From Polyangia bacterium (GTDB lineage: Bacteria; Myxococcota_A; Polyangia; JAAYKL01), in the NCBI GenBank assembly GCA_050287845.1, contig JBNKCR010000041.1:1-20794 (forward strand): a stretch of DNA of 20,794 bases. Reading direction: 5' to 3'. The translations under genes were made by a program, and so were the position numbers. The stretch's first letter is position 1. Every line of letters starts with the position of its first letter. The notes under the pieces are model-generated. The model made no database searches and was not told the origin of the DNA. It saw only the letters and a program-made list of their open reading frames with translations. Below are positions 1 through 9,225 of this stretch, one piece after another.

Positions 1-2
1 TG

Positions 3-134
3 GTGTGGCATGCATTGCAGCGCTGGATAGGTGCGTCTGGACTGCATGATTTCCCGACGAGCAACTCAATCAAAGGCAGCGTGACCACAAATCACCCGGA
101 ACGAACCTGGGCATTCCGTCTGAACCCTGAATAA
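3..134 (+). CDS. possible 3' end of a gene entering from the left edge (VWHALQRWIG...AFRLNPE*)
   Basis: Frame 3 is open from the window edge to TAA at 132-134. No recognisable motif, so it could be chance. Confidence 0.25.
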   Translation: MWHALQRWIGASGLHDFPTSNSIKGSVTTNHPERTWAFRLNPE

Positions 135-184
135 AATATCAAATCAACCGCAGATTCATCGCGCATATCCAAACTTCGCACAAC

Positions 185-561
185 GGAACAATAATCACTC
201 TGAGCCAATTTACAGGGCCAATTTACAGGGCCAATTTACAGGGCCAATTTACAGGGCCAATTTACTGGGGGAACAATAATCACTCTGAGCCAATTTACAG
301 GGCCAATTTACAGGGGCCAATTTACAGGGGCCAATTTACAGGGGCCAATTTACTGGGGAACAATAATCACTCTGAGCCAATTTACAGGGGCCAATTTACA
401 GGGCCAATTTACTGGGGGAACAATAATCACTCTGAGCCAATTTACAGGGGCCAATTTACTGGGGAACAATAATCACTCTGAGCCAATTTACAGGGGCCAA
501 TTTACTGGGCCAATTTACAGGGGCCAATTTACAGGGCCAATTTACTGTGCCAATTTACTGT
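185..561. repeat. hierarchical tandem-repeat array: 5 x GGAACAATAATCACTCTGA interleaved with 21 x GCCAATTTAC(A/T)G-based 13-14 bp units
   Basis: The 19-mer starts at 185, 270, 357, 417 and 463, followed by 5, 5, 3, 2 and 6 short units respectively. The last two short units end TGT instead of GG(G). Confidence 0.95.
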
Positions 562-566
562 GTCAT

Positions 567-581
567 CCCCCCCCCCCCCCC
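567..581. repeat. C15 homopolymer
   Basis: 15 consecutive C, 5 bp after the array. Confidence 0.9.
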
Positions 582-811
582 GGGAATGTGCTCACAACAA
601 AATATCGCATGGATTATCCTGTTGTTCGATGGAAGAATCACATTCGTAAGGGTGGCAACCGATGTCCCTGATTGCCCGATACGGTTCTCCGTTTTTAATT
701 ACTGTATAAATACACACATCCGGCAATTTCGTCCAACCAATTAAAATTATCCATAGGTGTAACCACCCCATGGACAACCTGTCTGGCATGTAAAAAGTGA
801 TGGAGCCTGAG

Positions 812-839
812 CCAGGCGCCTGCGCCTGGGAGCTTTTTT
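812..839 (+). terminator. possible intrinsic terminator
   Basis: GC-rich inverted repeat CCAGGCGC-CT-GCGCCTGG (812-829) followed by GAGC and T6 (834-839). Confidence 0.4.
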
Positions 840-972
840 ATCCCCTCAACGAATTTCGGGACATGTCGGAACAGATACGTCCCCGGCCATTTTCAGCACG
901 GTCTGCTATATTCTGCAAAGTATCTGATTTGCTACCTTCTTCGAATTTCCTTCTTCAAACACTTCTTCAAAT

Positions 973-1014
973 GCTCACAGTCATTTTTTCTGGGCTCACA
1001 GTCATTTTTTCTGG
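973..1014. repeat. perfect 21-bp tandem duplication GCTCACAGTCATTTTTTCTGG x2
   Basis: Copies at 973-993 and 994-1014, followed by GGACTGTG. CACAGTC/GACTGTG form an inverted pair. Confidence 0.9.
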
Positions 1015-1150
1015 GGACTGTGTTAACTATCAACCCTTTTACAACATGAATAAGCACTATGTTTTGGATATGATGAAAATTTCGCGATTCATATATGTTT
1101 GACAGTGACTTTCGGATGCTGGATTGCGTTATCGTAAAGGAGTGATCGGT

Positions 1151-2296
1151 ATGAGTCGAATAAAATGGGTTTTCGAATTTGTTTCGATTTTCATGATGGT
1201 GTGCACTCTGGGGTGTATGGCGGACAATCCTGAATCTGACGATACAGACAGCGACACGACTGGCGACATGGACAGTGATACCGACAGTGACACGGACAGT
1301 GATACCGACAGTGACACGGACAGCGATACCGACAGTGACACGGACAGCGATACCGACAGTGACACGGACAGCGATACGGACAGCGACACGGATAGCGATA
1401 CGGACAGCGACACGGATAGCGATACGGACAGCGACACGGATAGTGATACGGACAGTGATACGGACAGCGACACGGATAGCGATACGGACAGCGACACGGA
1501 TAGCGATACGGACAGCGATACCGACAGTGACACGGATAGCGCAACCGGCGTGACCAGTGCCGGTTGCGGTTCGGACAGCCCGTTGGCAAGTGGCAATTTT
1601 ACCGAGAACATCAATGGTACTAGCCGTACATGGATTCTGGATGTGCCCGACAACTACGATGCCAATCATCCATACAGGTTGATTTTTGTCTGGCATCCGT
1701 TGGGGGGGAACGCCAATCAAATCGCGTCCGGTGGATATAACGGGCTCAAAGCCCTGGCAAATGATACCGCTGTGTTCGTTACCGCCGATGGCCTGCAAGG
1801 TACCAGCGCCAGCGGGACCAGTGGAACAGGCTGGTGGAATGTCGATGGCGAAGACATGATGTTTTTGCAAGCCATGCTCGACAAGGTCAATAGCGAGCTA
1901 TGCATTGACCGGGAACGAATATTTTCAACGGGATTCAGTTTCGGCGGGATGATGTCCTATACCGTTGGGTTCGAATTCGACGTTTTTCGGGCCGTTGCTC
2001 CCTGTTCCGGTGATATGACGCACATTCCCTACAATGAGCACAACACGAAGCCCCTTCCCATTATCGCGTTTCACGGTGATGCTGACAATGTCGTCAGTCT
2101 GGATAACGGCCAGACCGCGCGTGACAACTACCTCGACAGGAACGGGTGTGGCGCTCAGACACAGCCCACGTCTCCCGATATCTGCGTGCAATACGAAGGA
2201 TGCGCCGCCCCCACCATCTGGTGCCAGTTTTCCGGCGGACACGCTCCATGGTCCGGATCAACGCAAGCGATTTGGGATTTTTTCTCCCAGTTCTGA
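1151..2296 (+). CDS. lipoprotein with DSDT-repeat linker and alpha/beta-hydrolase esterase domain (PHB depolymerase/LpqC/CE1 feruloyl-esterase-like)
   Basis: RBS AAGGAG before ATG 1151. Signal peptide ends TLGC (lipobox-like). Motifs: nucleophile [15 protein letters not shown] (Asp), GGH (His), plus [11 protein letters not shown] and the PDNYD...YRLIFVWH segment typical of this family. Confidence 0.88.
   Translation: MSRIKWVFEFVSIFMMVCTLGCMADNPESDDTDSDTTGDMDSDTDSDTDSDTDSDTDSDTDSDTDSDTDSDTDSDTDSDTDSDTDSDTDSDTDSDTDSDTDSDTDSDTDSDTDSDTDSDTDSDTDSDTDSATGVTSAGCGSDSPLASGNFTENINGTSRTWILDVPDNYDANHPYRLIFVWHPLGGNANQIASGGYNGLKALANDTAVFVTADGLQGTSASGTSGTGWWNVDGEDMMFLQAMLDKVNSELCIDRERIFSTGFSFGGMMSYTVGFEFDVFRAVAPCSGDMTHIPYNEHNTKPLPIIAFHGDADNVVSLDNGQTARDNYLDRNGCGAQTQPTSPDICVQYEGCAAPTIWCQFSGGHAPWSGSTQAIWDFFSQF
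1271..1540 (+). repeat. coding 12-bp repeat encoding about 22 x DSDT
   Basis: GAY-AGY-GAY-ACS units in frame within the esterase gene. Confidence 0.95.
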
Positions 2297-2468
2297 ACAC
2301 ACCTGTACTTGTTCCGCTGCGATACCCGGAACCATGCTTCCACCCGTAAAACCGGGGTGTGAATCTGTTTTCATTCTGTTCATGTATCGGTCACCTGTCG
2401 CGGTTTGGTGAGTATAGGGGGCAAAGGAGCAGAAAAAATATTCGATGGCGCCAGAGAGGACCCCTGGA

Positions 2469-5141
2469 TCACTTTCGCCGGGAGACTTCAACTTCCCTCA
2501 GACCGAATCCGCCGGGGCCCGGAGCCCAGAGTCGAATGAAACGGGTGGATACGTCCTCCATGGAAATGGCCCATTTGCCCCGAACGGTTTCGGGGCGCTG
2601 CTTGAGCAGTCTGTGGGTTTTGAATCGTTCGCCCTCCCGGGAAATCTGCACATGGAGAGGGCGCTGCGCGGACGCGACCCGACCACTTACACCGGTGAGA
2701 AGCAATTGCTGAACCTGATGTTGTTCTCCAAGATCCACTTGCCAGTATGGGCTGCGATCTCTGGGGTGGGAACGCCATCCCCGACCTCCAAAATCTCCGT
2801 CCACGGCAGATCCGGCATAAAAGTAATATGGCATCTGACTTAAATTGATACTGCTGGCCCGGGTGGTTTTGGCATATGCGAGGTTGCCGATTGGCGGCAT
2901 CTGTGCAGACCGCCAGGAATATTCGGTACCGATGGATTTACCACTGTGCGTGCCGTGCATCCACAGGGCAAAGAGCGCCGCCGTGCCTCCGGCAATGAAT
3001 ATGGCGGCCCCGGCGAATCCCCTGCGTTTGGCAGGTGCCCGGTACGCAACCAGCACAAGCAGACCGAAAAGCGCAAGGGCGGTGATGGCCATGCCCACAA
3101 CGGCGGATTTGCTGTGATACTCAAAAATCACCGTGTGTTCACCGGCGGGGACCATGGCGGCAATCTGATAGCCGTTGGCGGGCAGCACCTCCGCGTCTTT
3201 ATTGTCCACCCGCGCTTTCCAGCCGGGCAGGGCAGGATAGTTCACGGTCATGACGCTTTCGCTGCAGGTGTTCACATTGAAATGGAGAGCGTTGAATGTG
3301 TTGTGGGTGAGGGCGATGGTGTCGTCATTTTTGCAATTGTCAGTCCTTTTGGGAAGTTTTCCGGAATATTCGATAACCACTTCATCGGGATTTCGCCGGG
3401 TCACCGTGTCAAACGAGGACGACATATCGTCGACCTGTTTTACTTTTCGATAAATGCGGGCAAGACTGGGATCCAGGATGGATTTTGCCATCTGGGTCGT
3501 GACGATGGGCAGTTCCATGCCGAATCCGGCGTTGCCGGTGAAGTCAACCGAATGCTTTTTGCTCAGGGTCAACTGTTCCCATGTCACCGTTTCCCGCGCC
3601 GGTGCCACCCAGGTGCCAAAACGCATGCAGATGCCGGTCTGGGCAATGACGGCGACAATCAGAATCAGTCCCACCGTGTTTCGCGCCAGTGACATCATTT
3701 TGGTGAATCCGGGAATGGCCGAAAGGACACCGTGCGCCATCAGCAGTATCAATGTGATGATGCCTAGCAGATACAGCCGCGGTTCCACCCAGCCCGGCAG
3801 TTCGAGTATCCTTGCGGGAATGTAGTGGGATGGCTCGGGAATATGATGGATGATGATATTGTTGAAGACAATCATCAGCGCCAGTGCTGCGGCACCGACC
3901 CAGACGTGGAGGGGCACTCTGAGCAGTCGAATGGACTCTCCGATGCTGCCAAACAGCCAGGCGAGCAAAAGAGACATGGGCATTGCCAGCATCATGGTCA
4001 TTCGTCCCGGGGTGCGGAAGGAACTGGCCAGGGGGAAGTATTCCCAGAACACGCGATGCAGGGGGGTCTGCCCTCCCAGCGCCACGAGAAAAACCACAAG
4101 AATCAGCACCCAGAGCACACCGAGTGCCACCGAAAAGCGACGACGTGCAAGAAGAGCAACCGGAAACAGGCTCACCACTGCCAGAAGAGACGTGCCGCCA
4201 AAGGCGGTGTGGACATCGGCGTTCAATGGTCGAAACAGACTGCCCATAGCGCCCCCCCAACTGTCCGAATAGGCGAGAGACCATTCATATCCCTGTCCCA
4301 CCCGGATGGTATTGGCTTTCACGAACTCAAAATAGAACGGCAGAATATAAACGGCGGCCAGCGCGATGCCGAAGAAAATTCCCGCCGCGCCATGCAGGTA
4401 GAACTGGATGATTTTTTTTTTGGAGAACCCGATGTCCGGCCTCAGGTCGTTGATGACAAATGGCAGTACAATGTAGCATGCGCCCACTCCCAGCAGTCCG
4501 ATATACATCATCTGGGGATGCCCCCCCACGCAGAGCAGATAGGTGGAAATGGCGATGGCGACAATGCCGGTGGTCCGGTGATTCTGGAGGTACAGAAAGC
4601 CGAGAGCCACACATACCATGATGTAGGCCAGATAGTTTTCGAGGGAAGCGCCATACCGGAACATATCGAGCATTCGAAGATTGTAGACGGCGATGAATGA
4701 CAGGATGAAGCTGAAGTCTTTTCGAAGTCTGAGGGAAATAAAGAAGTAAAAGGCCATCAGGTGCACCAGACCGATGCCCAGCAATTTCGATATGGTGTTG
4801 GCAGTGAGGGCGCCGCCCTCCCAGTAGCCGGGGAGCATGGCAGCAAGGATGCGAACCGGGTGATACAGTTGTCCCAGGGTCAACGCCGTGGCCGAATGTC
4901 CCTTGGCGAACCCGGGCACATACAATGGAATCTGGCCGTTTTCAAGACTGTATTGCAGCTCAATCTGCTGCTGAATGGGAAAGACCTGATAATCGTTGCC
5001 GATGGTCTGGTCGCTGAAAGCGGGCAACATCCAGAAAAAGATCACGTAGGGCAACAGCAGGATGCCGATACCAGTGGCAAGATGGAAAATAGTTTTCGGG
5101 GTCAGCAGGTTATTGAAATATTTCTGAATGATTTCTTTCAT
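2469..5141 (-). CDS. YfhO-like polytopic membrane protein (putative GT-C glycosyltransferase) with C-terminal F5/8 type C (discoidin/CBM32-like) domain
   Basis: 890 aa with many TM segments. Motifs GQIPLY..G...LYHP, GGHPQ, FRTPGR and PGWKARVD...AN...A..VPAGEHTVIFEY are YfhO-like. The C-terminal NLAYAK...AVDGD..W.S...WQVDLG...RFIRL is discoidin-like. Confidence 0.78.
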   Translation of the reverse strand: MKEIIQKYFNNLLTPKTIFHLATGIGILLLPYVIFFWMLPAFSDQTIGNDYQVFPIQQQIELQYSLENGQIPLYVPGFAKGHSATALTLGQLYHPVRILAAMLPGYWEGGALTANTISKLLGIGLVHLMAFYFFISLRLRKDFSFILSFIAVYNLRMLDMFRYGASLENYLAYIMVCVALGFLYLQNHRTTGIVAIAISTYLLCVGGHPQMMYIGLLGVGACYIVLPFVINDLRPDIGFSKKKIIQFYLHGAAGIFFGIALAAVYILPFYFEFVKANTIRVGQGYEWSLAYSDSWGGAMGSLFRPLNADVHTAFGGTSLLAVVSLFPVALLARRRFSVALGVLWVLILVVFLVALGGQTPLHRVFWEYFPLASSFRTPGRMTMMLAMPMSLLLAWLFGSIGESIRLLRVPLHVWVGAAALALMIVFNNIIIHHIPEPSHYIPARILELPGWVEPRLYLLGIITLILLMAHGVLSAIPGFTKMMSLARNTVGLILIVAVIAQTGICMRFGTWVAPARETVTWEQLTLSKKHSVDFTGNAGFGMELPIVTTQMAKSILDPSLARIYRKVKQVDDMSSSFDTVTRRNPDEVVIEYSGKLPKRTDNCKNDDTIALTHNTFNALHFNVNTCSESVMTVNYPALPGWKARVDNKDAEVLPANGYQIAAMVPAGEHTVIFEYHSKSAVVGMAITALALFGLLVLVAYRAPAKRRGFAGAAIFIAGGTAALFALWMHGTHSGKSIGTEYSWRSAQMPPIGNLAYAKTTRASSINLSQMPYYFYAGSAVDGDFGGRGWRSHPRDRSPYWQVDLGEQHQVQQLLLTGVSGRVASAQRPLHVQISREGERFKTHRLLKQRPETVRGKWAISMEDVSTRFIRLWAPGPGGFGLREVEVSRRK

Positions 5142-5333
5142 GGGTCAGGCAGTTCCAATATATCTTTAATTGTTATAAATGATGTATGTACGAAAAAACC
5201 CATGAAAAGGAAAGCCCCAAAACACCAGGTATGCCCTCAGGCGCGTTCTCTGAATAAGGGAGCATTGGTGCAGATCATTTCTAAACCTTTTTTCGCTGCG
5301 CACTTAAAGTGTACTGAATGAATACTTTCCCAT

Positions 5334-6506
5334 TCAGATTCGGCTGTCTGCGGCTGTACCGGTTTCATGAAGCCATGTGGCGATGGCAACGGCGTTGGCC
5401 ATTCTTTCCGATGCCCGTCCCTGAAAGTGGCCCGCTTCCGGTTGTATCTTCAGTGTCTGGATTACCTCTTCCAGTGTACCGAATTTTTCCTTCACCATAT
5501 TGCCATATGCTGCTTTCAGAAAAAGATACGACTGCCTTGACATGCCGGGAATCTGAAACAGGCTCTGGATGGCCCCTTTGTTCCACGAACACAGAATATC
5601 TTCGGGCCGGATAAAGCGATTCCACTCGGCGATGACCGCATCGGCGCTTCGGGCGCGACCGGCGTGCAGGTCGAGAATACCGCTCGGTCGCAACTCCTCG
5701 AGTCGATGGGCGTGTTCCCGGGGAAGATGGATAAACGCCTCGAATGTTTTGCCATCTCCCAATCGCTGTGCGCATACCGATACAGTGGTCCGGCTTCCGT
5801 CGGATAGCCGGATGTTTTCGGTGTACACCACCACCGTGCTGGAGAAATGGTCAATGAGCGCCCGGGGAATCGTGTGTGCGCGACGTTTTCGGGGACGTTT
5901 TTTTCGCGGATGGCCCATGCCGGAGTCCATGAAGGCAATTTGACGGTCAATCATGCGGTCGAACGCGGCGATGAGTGGTTGGCAATCGGTTTGCGGTTCC
6001 AGGATATGGAGCGCCTCCACAATGGCTTCCAGGGTGGAAATGCTGTCCCTGGATGGTTCCATGCGGATTCGGTATCGGCTTGGAGACTGCGGGGAAAGTC
6101 GGTAGTGGGGTAAATCGCCAAGCCACGGATTCTCGCGGTAGAGTTTTGCGGCGTTGTACCAGGTGCCATCCAGAACGATGAGGGTTTCCGGCCGTTCTTC
6201 GCTGGTGATGGCATCGAGAGCGGTTGCTTCGGCAGAGGGAAACAGCAATCCGGTTTTTCCGTCGATTGTCAAATCGGTCGCCAGCGAACCCTTCAAATCG
6301 GCATATACCGTTTTAAGCGTGGCGTTTGTCAACCCGAGTACGGCAAATCGAGCCGTACCAATGGGATGATGTCGCTCAAGGGGATGCTGAAGAATTTGAA
6401 TCCGGGTCTGATTGTGTACCGGGGTGATAGAATGACAGATGCATACCACTTCGGGTTTGAAACAATTGTAACAATATTGACGAGTTGAATGACTGGCAGA
6501 TTTCAT
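5334..6506 (-). CDS. DTW-domain tRNA-uridine aminocarboxypropyltransferase (TapT/YfiP family) with ~180-aa C-terminal extension
   Basis: N-terminal CYNC...CIC, LQHPLE, GTA, LLFP, LIVLDGTW, SRYRIR and STLEA motifs. Confidence 0.88.
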   Translation of the reverse strand: MKSASHSTRQYCYNCFKPEVVCICHSITPVHNQTRIQILQHPLERHHPIGTARFAVLGLTNATLKTVYADLKGSLATDLTIDGKTGLLFPSAEATALDAITSEERPETLIVLDGTWYNAAKLYRENPWLGDLPHYRLSPQSPSRYRIRMEPSRDSISTLEAIVEALHILEPQTDCQPLIAAFDRMIDRQIAFMDSGMGHPRKKRPRKRRAHTIPRALIDHFSSTVVVYTENIRLSDGSRTTVSVCAQRLGDGKTFEAFIHLPREHAHRLEELRPSGILDLHAGRARSADAVIAEWNRFIRPEDILCSWNKGAIQSLFQIPGMSRQSYLFLKAAYGNMVKEKFGTLEEVIQTLKIQPEAGHFQGRASERMANAVAIATWLHETGTAADSRI

Positions 6507-6539
6507 GAGGCGAGCAGCATGGGTGCAAACCGGCGAAAA

Positions 6540-6905
6540 TTACTCTCCGAATTGGCGCTCTTCCTGTTCCTGCTCCTCTTTGCATTTGATGCAAAGCGTG
6601 GTTTCCGGCCGGGCTTCAAGCCGCTTGACCGAAATTTTTTCGTCGCATTGTTCACAGACACCAAACTCGCCGGCCTCAATTTTTCGAAGTGCGTTGTCTA
6701 TTTTGCTCAGAAAGGTGCGCTCCCGTCCGCGAAGACGAAACTGAAAAGATTGCAGGTACTCACTCGAGGCCAGATCCATCTCATCCGGCAAATCGGCCAC
6801 GTCAAGAGTCATGTCATCTGTGAGGGTATGCACTGCATTGCCGAGAATCTTTTCTTTTTTCTCGATGAGAATTTTTTTGAATTTATCCAGCTCTTTTTGC
6901 TTCAT
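6540..6905 (-). CDS. dksA: RNA polymerase-binding factor DksA (TraR/DksA C4 zinc finger)
   Basis: Coiled-coil tip DEMDLA (DxxDxA), then GEFGVCEQC...ISVKRLEARPETTLCIKC. ATG at 6905, alternative GTG at 6908. Confidence 0.92.
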   Translation of the reverse strand: MKQKELDKFKKILIEKKEKILGNAVHTLTDDMTLDVADLPDEMDLASSEYLQSFQFRLRGRERTFLSKIDNALRKIEAGEFGVCEQCDEKISVKRLEARPETTLCIKCKEEQEQEERQFGE

Positions 6906-6976
6906 CACTTTTTCCTGTTGTACCTTAGGTTGCTTGCCTTGCGTACATTCTATTCGTCCAGAAAACGGGCGAAGGG

Positions 6977-7005
6977 AGCATAATGACCAAAGTTCCTGGT
7001 GTCAA
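6977..7005 (-). promoter_or_regulatory. putative sigma70 promoter of dksA
   Basis: Minus strand reads TTGACA (7005-7000), a 17-bp spacer, then TATGCT (6982-6977). Confidence 0.6.
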
Positions 7006-7132
7006 GCTCGAATCGGGTAAACTGTTAATTTACGTTATTATTGGGCCTGCTGCAACAGGACGCGGTGCATTCGCGTATAATACCGGGGATTATCGTTTTC
7101 AGAATGTATTCAATGCAAATCCGTGCGGTCGT

Positions 7133-8086
7133 TCACAGCTCTTCCGACAGGCGAATATGTTCGGCGGTGCGCACATGAATGGTGAGTACTTTTCTTTTGG
7201 CGAGATCCCGATTTTCCAGAAGAACTCGGTGGGCGCCCGGCGCGATGGGGAAGTTGTGCACCGGGGTGTTGCCCACTTTTTCACCATCCACCGTCACCAC
7301 GGTCCAGGGCGTAGTGGTAACGGACAATAGACCGCGGTCGTTGTCTCGGGGCAAAACCGGTCTGGCCAGCACCACGGCATCCGGGGGATTGTGTGGCGTT
7401 GGCGGGTCGGGGCGATGGACCGAAGCGGATGTGGCGCCCATTCTGGTGAGCACCACATGCAGATTGACTTCGTTTCTGTCTGAAGGCGCGACAACGGTCC
7501 GGGTGACCTGTTCGTATCCGTCCATTGTAATATTCACAAACCAGGGATACTGTCCGGGCAGCACCCGGGTGCCTGGTGCGGTCATTGATAACACGGATTT
7601 ATACGTGGGAGTTCTCACCCACACGTTCGCACCGGGAGGGTCCGTGGTGACATGCAGGAGGAATTCGCCCTCTTTCAGATGGAATGTGTCCGGATTATCG
7701 GTGCCGACCGGGGCAATGTCATCTGATTCACCAGCCGGAACGGCAATCACATTTGGCGTATCGTTCTCTGCGACCGGTGGCGGAGTCGGCGCAACCGATT
7801 CATCTTTCACCAGGTGGACGGTCTGTTCCAATACGTTATCCGGGGTAACTTCGATTTTCATGGCCACCGGGACATATCCTTCCTTCGAAACCTCAAGCCG
7901 ATAGGCGCCGGGTTTGAAGAAATCGAACGTCTGTGGCGACTTCAGAGACTTCGGCCGATACCCGTCAACAGTGACATCCGCATCTTCGGGAGAGAAGGTG
8001 AGCACCATCTGCGGCTTCTTTTCGGAACAGGCCAGCTGGGCAATGCAGAGTGCGGTGAAAAGAAAAACATAATGTATTGGTTTCAT
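7133..8086 (-). CDS. PEGA-domain lipoprotein
   Basis: Signal peptide ending QLAC and three PEGA-like modules (SPEDADVTVDG...LEVSKEGY; VTTDPPGANVWV...MDGY; VTTTPWTVVTVDGEKVGNTP...PGAHRV) separated by Pro-rich linkers. Confidence 0.82.
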   Translation of the reverse strand: MKPIHYVFLFTALCIAQLACSEKKPQMVLTFSPEDADVTVDGYRPKSLKSPQTFDFFKPGAYRLEVSKEGYVPVAMKIEVTPDNVLEQTVHLVKDESVAPTPPPVAENDTPNVIAVPAGESDDIAPVGTDNPDTFHLKEGEFLLHVTTDPPGANVWVRTPTYKSVLSMTAPGTRVLPGQYPWFVNITMDGYEQVTRTVVAPSDRNEVNLHVVLTRMGATSASVHRPDPPTPHNPPDAVVLARPVLPRDNDRGLLSVTTTPWTVVTVDGEKVGNTPVHNFPIAPGAHRVLLENRDLAKRKVLTIHVRTAEHIRLSEEL

Positions 8087-8202
8087 GACTTTTTCCTTAT
8101 GTTGTCAACAGATCGTCTTTCTTTGGGACGCACCGGGGCCCCAAAGGAACTTAAAAATGGTTCAATAACGCTGTGTGTGAAAGTATAACCGGATTATTGT
8201 AA

Positions 8203-8988
8203 TCAATCGGCGGATTTCTTTGCGAAATGGCCCAGAAGTGCATCGTGAAGATGATGGACGGCATCGTCCACCACTTTGTTGTCAATCATCCATCGGATAT
8301 AATCGGGTTCCCGGTCGGCCAGATATTTCAGGGTTTTTGATTTGTGTCTTCCAAAATTGACGGCGATTTCACCATCAATCCACTTGAGCTTTCCCCGGCG
8401 ATCCACTTCTTCGGGGTCCCGGGTGGCCTGATCGATGTCGTATGGGGTATCGGGCAGGTCGGTGTATCGTTTAAGCTGGGCCTCCAGGACTTCCAGGGTC
8501 GCTTCCACGTCGCCGAGGGCCTCATGGGCGTTGCCGTGCTGTTTGCCGCAGTAAAAGCGCATGGCCCCGGTCAGATCCCGGGGCTCCCGCAGGCAGAAAA
8601 TGCGGTAGGCATCGATAACGGCAATCTGGGAGACATCGAGTTTTTCGCCGGCCCGCTCAAGCTCGGCCGCCAGCATGGGAATATCAAAATTGATAATATT
8701 GTATCCCGCAAGGTCGCAGTCGCGGAAATACGATGCGATGCCCCGGTCTCCTTTGGCCACCTTGATAAAATGAGGCTCATCCTTCACATCTGCATCGGAG
8801 ATGCCGTGAACTGCGGTGGCTTCTCTGGGAATGGCAATGCCGGGGTTGAATCGGCGGGTTTTCGCTTCTCTGGTGCCATCTGGCCACACCTTGATGGCGG
8901 CCATTTCCACAATGCGATCCCGATGGGGATCTGTGCCGGTGGTTTCCAGATCAAAAATTATCAGCGGTCGTTTCAGTTTCAATTTCAT
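8203..8988 (-). CDS. DEDDh 3'-5' exonuclease (DNA polymerase III epsilon-like)
   Basis: ExoI FDLETTG, ExoII GYNIINFD, ExoIII AHEALGD and C-terminal NFGRHK...PDYIRW. Start placed at MKLKLKRP (8988) rather than the ORF-track start. Confidence 0.9.
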   Translation of the reverse strand: MKLKLKRPLIIFDLETTGTDPHRDRIVEMAAIKVWPDGTREAKTRRFNPGIAIPREATAVHGISDADVKDEPHFIKVAKGDRGIASYFRDCDLAGYNIINFDIPMLAAELERAGEKLDVSQIAVIDAYRIFCLREPRDLTGAMRFYCGKQHGNAHEALGDVEATLEVLEAQLKRYTDLPDTPYDIDQATRDPEEVDRRGKLKWIDGEIAVNFGRHKSKTLKYLADREPDYIRWMIDNKVVDDAVHHLHDALLGHFAKKSAD

Positions 8989-9225
8989 ACGTGATCCGGG
9001 AATATGTCGACATTCACAACATTCGTCAACGCTGAACGCCTGTTGCGCCATTTAATTCGCGTGGTTACAGAATATTCATAAAATCATCTGTAAAAAGGTG
9101 AAAAACCCAGCTGTCAATTGAGAAAAACTGCCGGATGAAGTAATAAACGGCCGATTATATGAACCTGTGGTTCTGAAAAATATGTTGTGACTGCCGGCGA
9201 CGGCACAAGGAATTTGAGGAGTGTT

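Noticed and set aside
185..561. CRISPR array (five copies of a ~30-bp repeat)
   Set aside because: The intervening sequences are copies of the repeat's own 3' end rather than unique spacers, their lengths are irregular, and no cas genes are visible in the window.
547..1102. Short ORFs 547-744, 592-789 and 797-1102
   Set aside because: No convincing RBS or motif, and they run through the homopolymer, hairpin and repeats. Probably non-coding.
932..1870. Alternative-frame and antisense ORFs over the DSDT repeat (932-1870, 1129-1653, 1191-1589, 1275-1553)
   Set aside because: Shadows of a stop-free repeat. The + frame carries the signal peptide and catalytic motifs.
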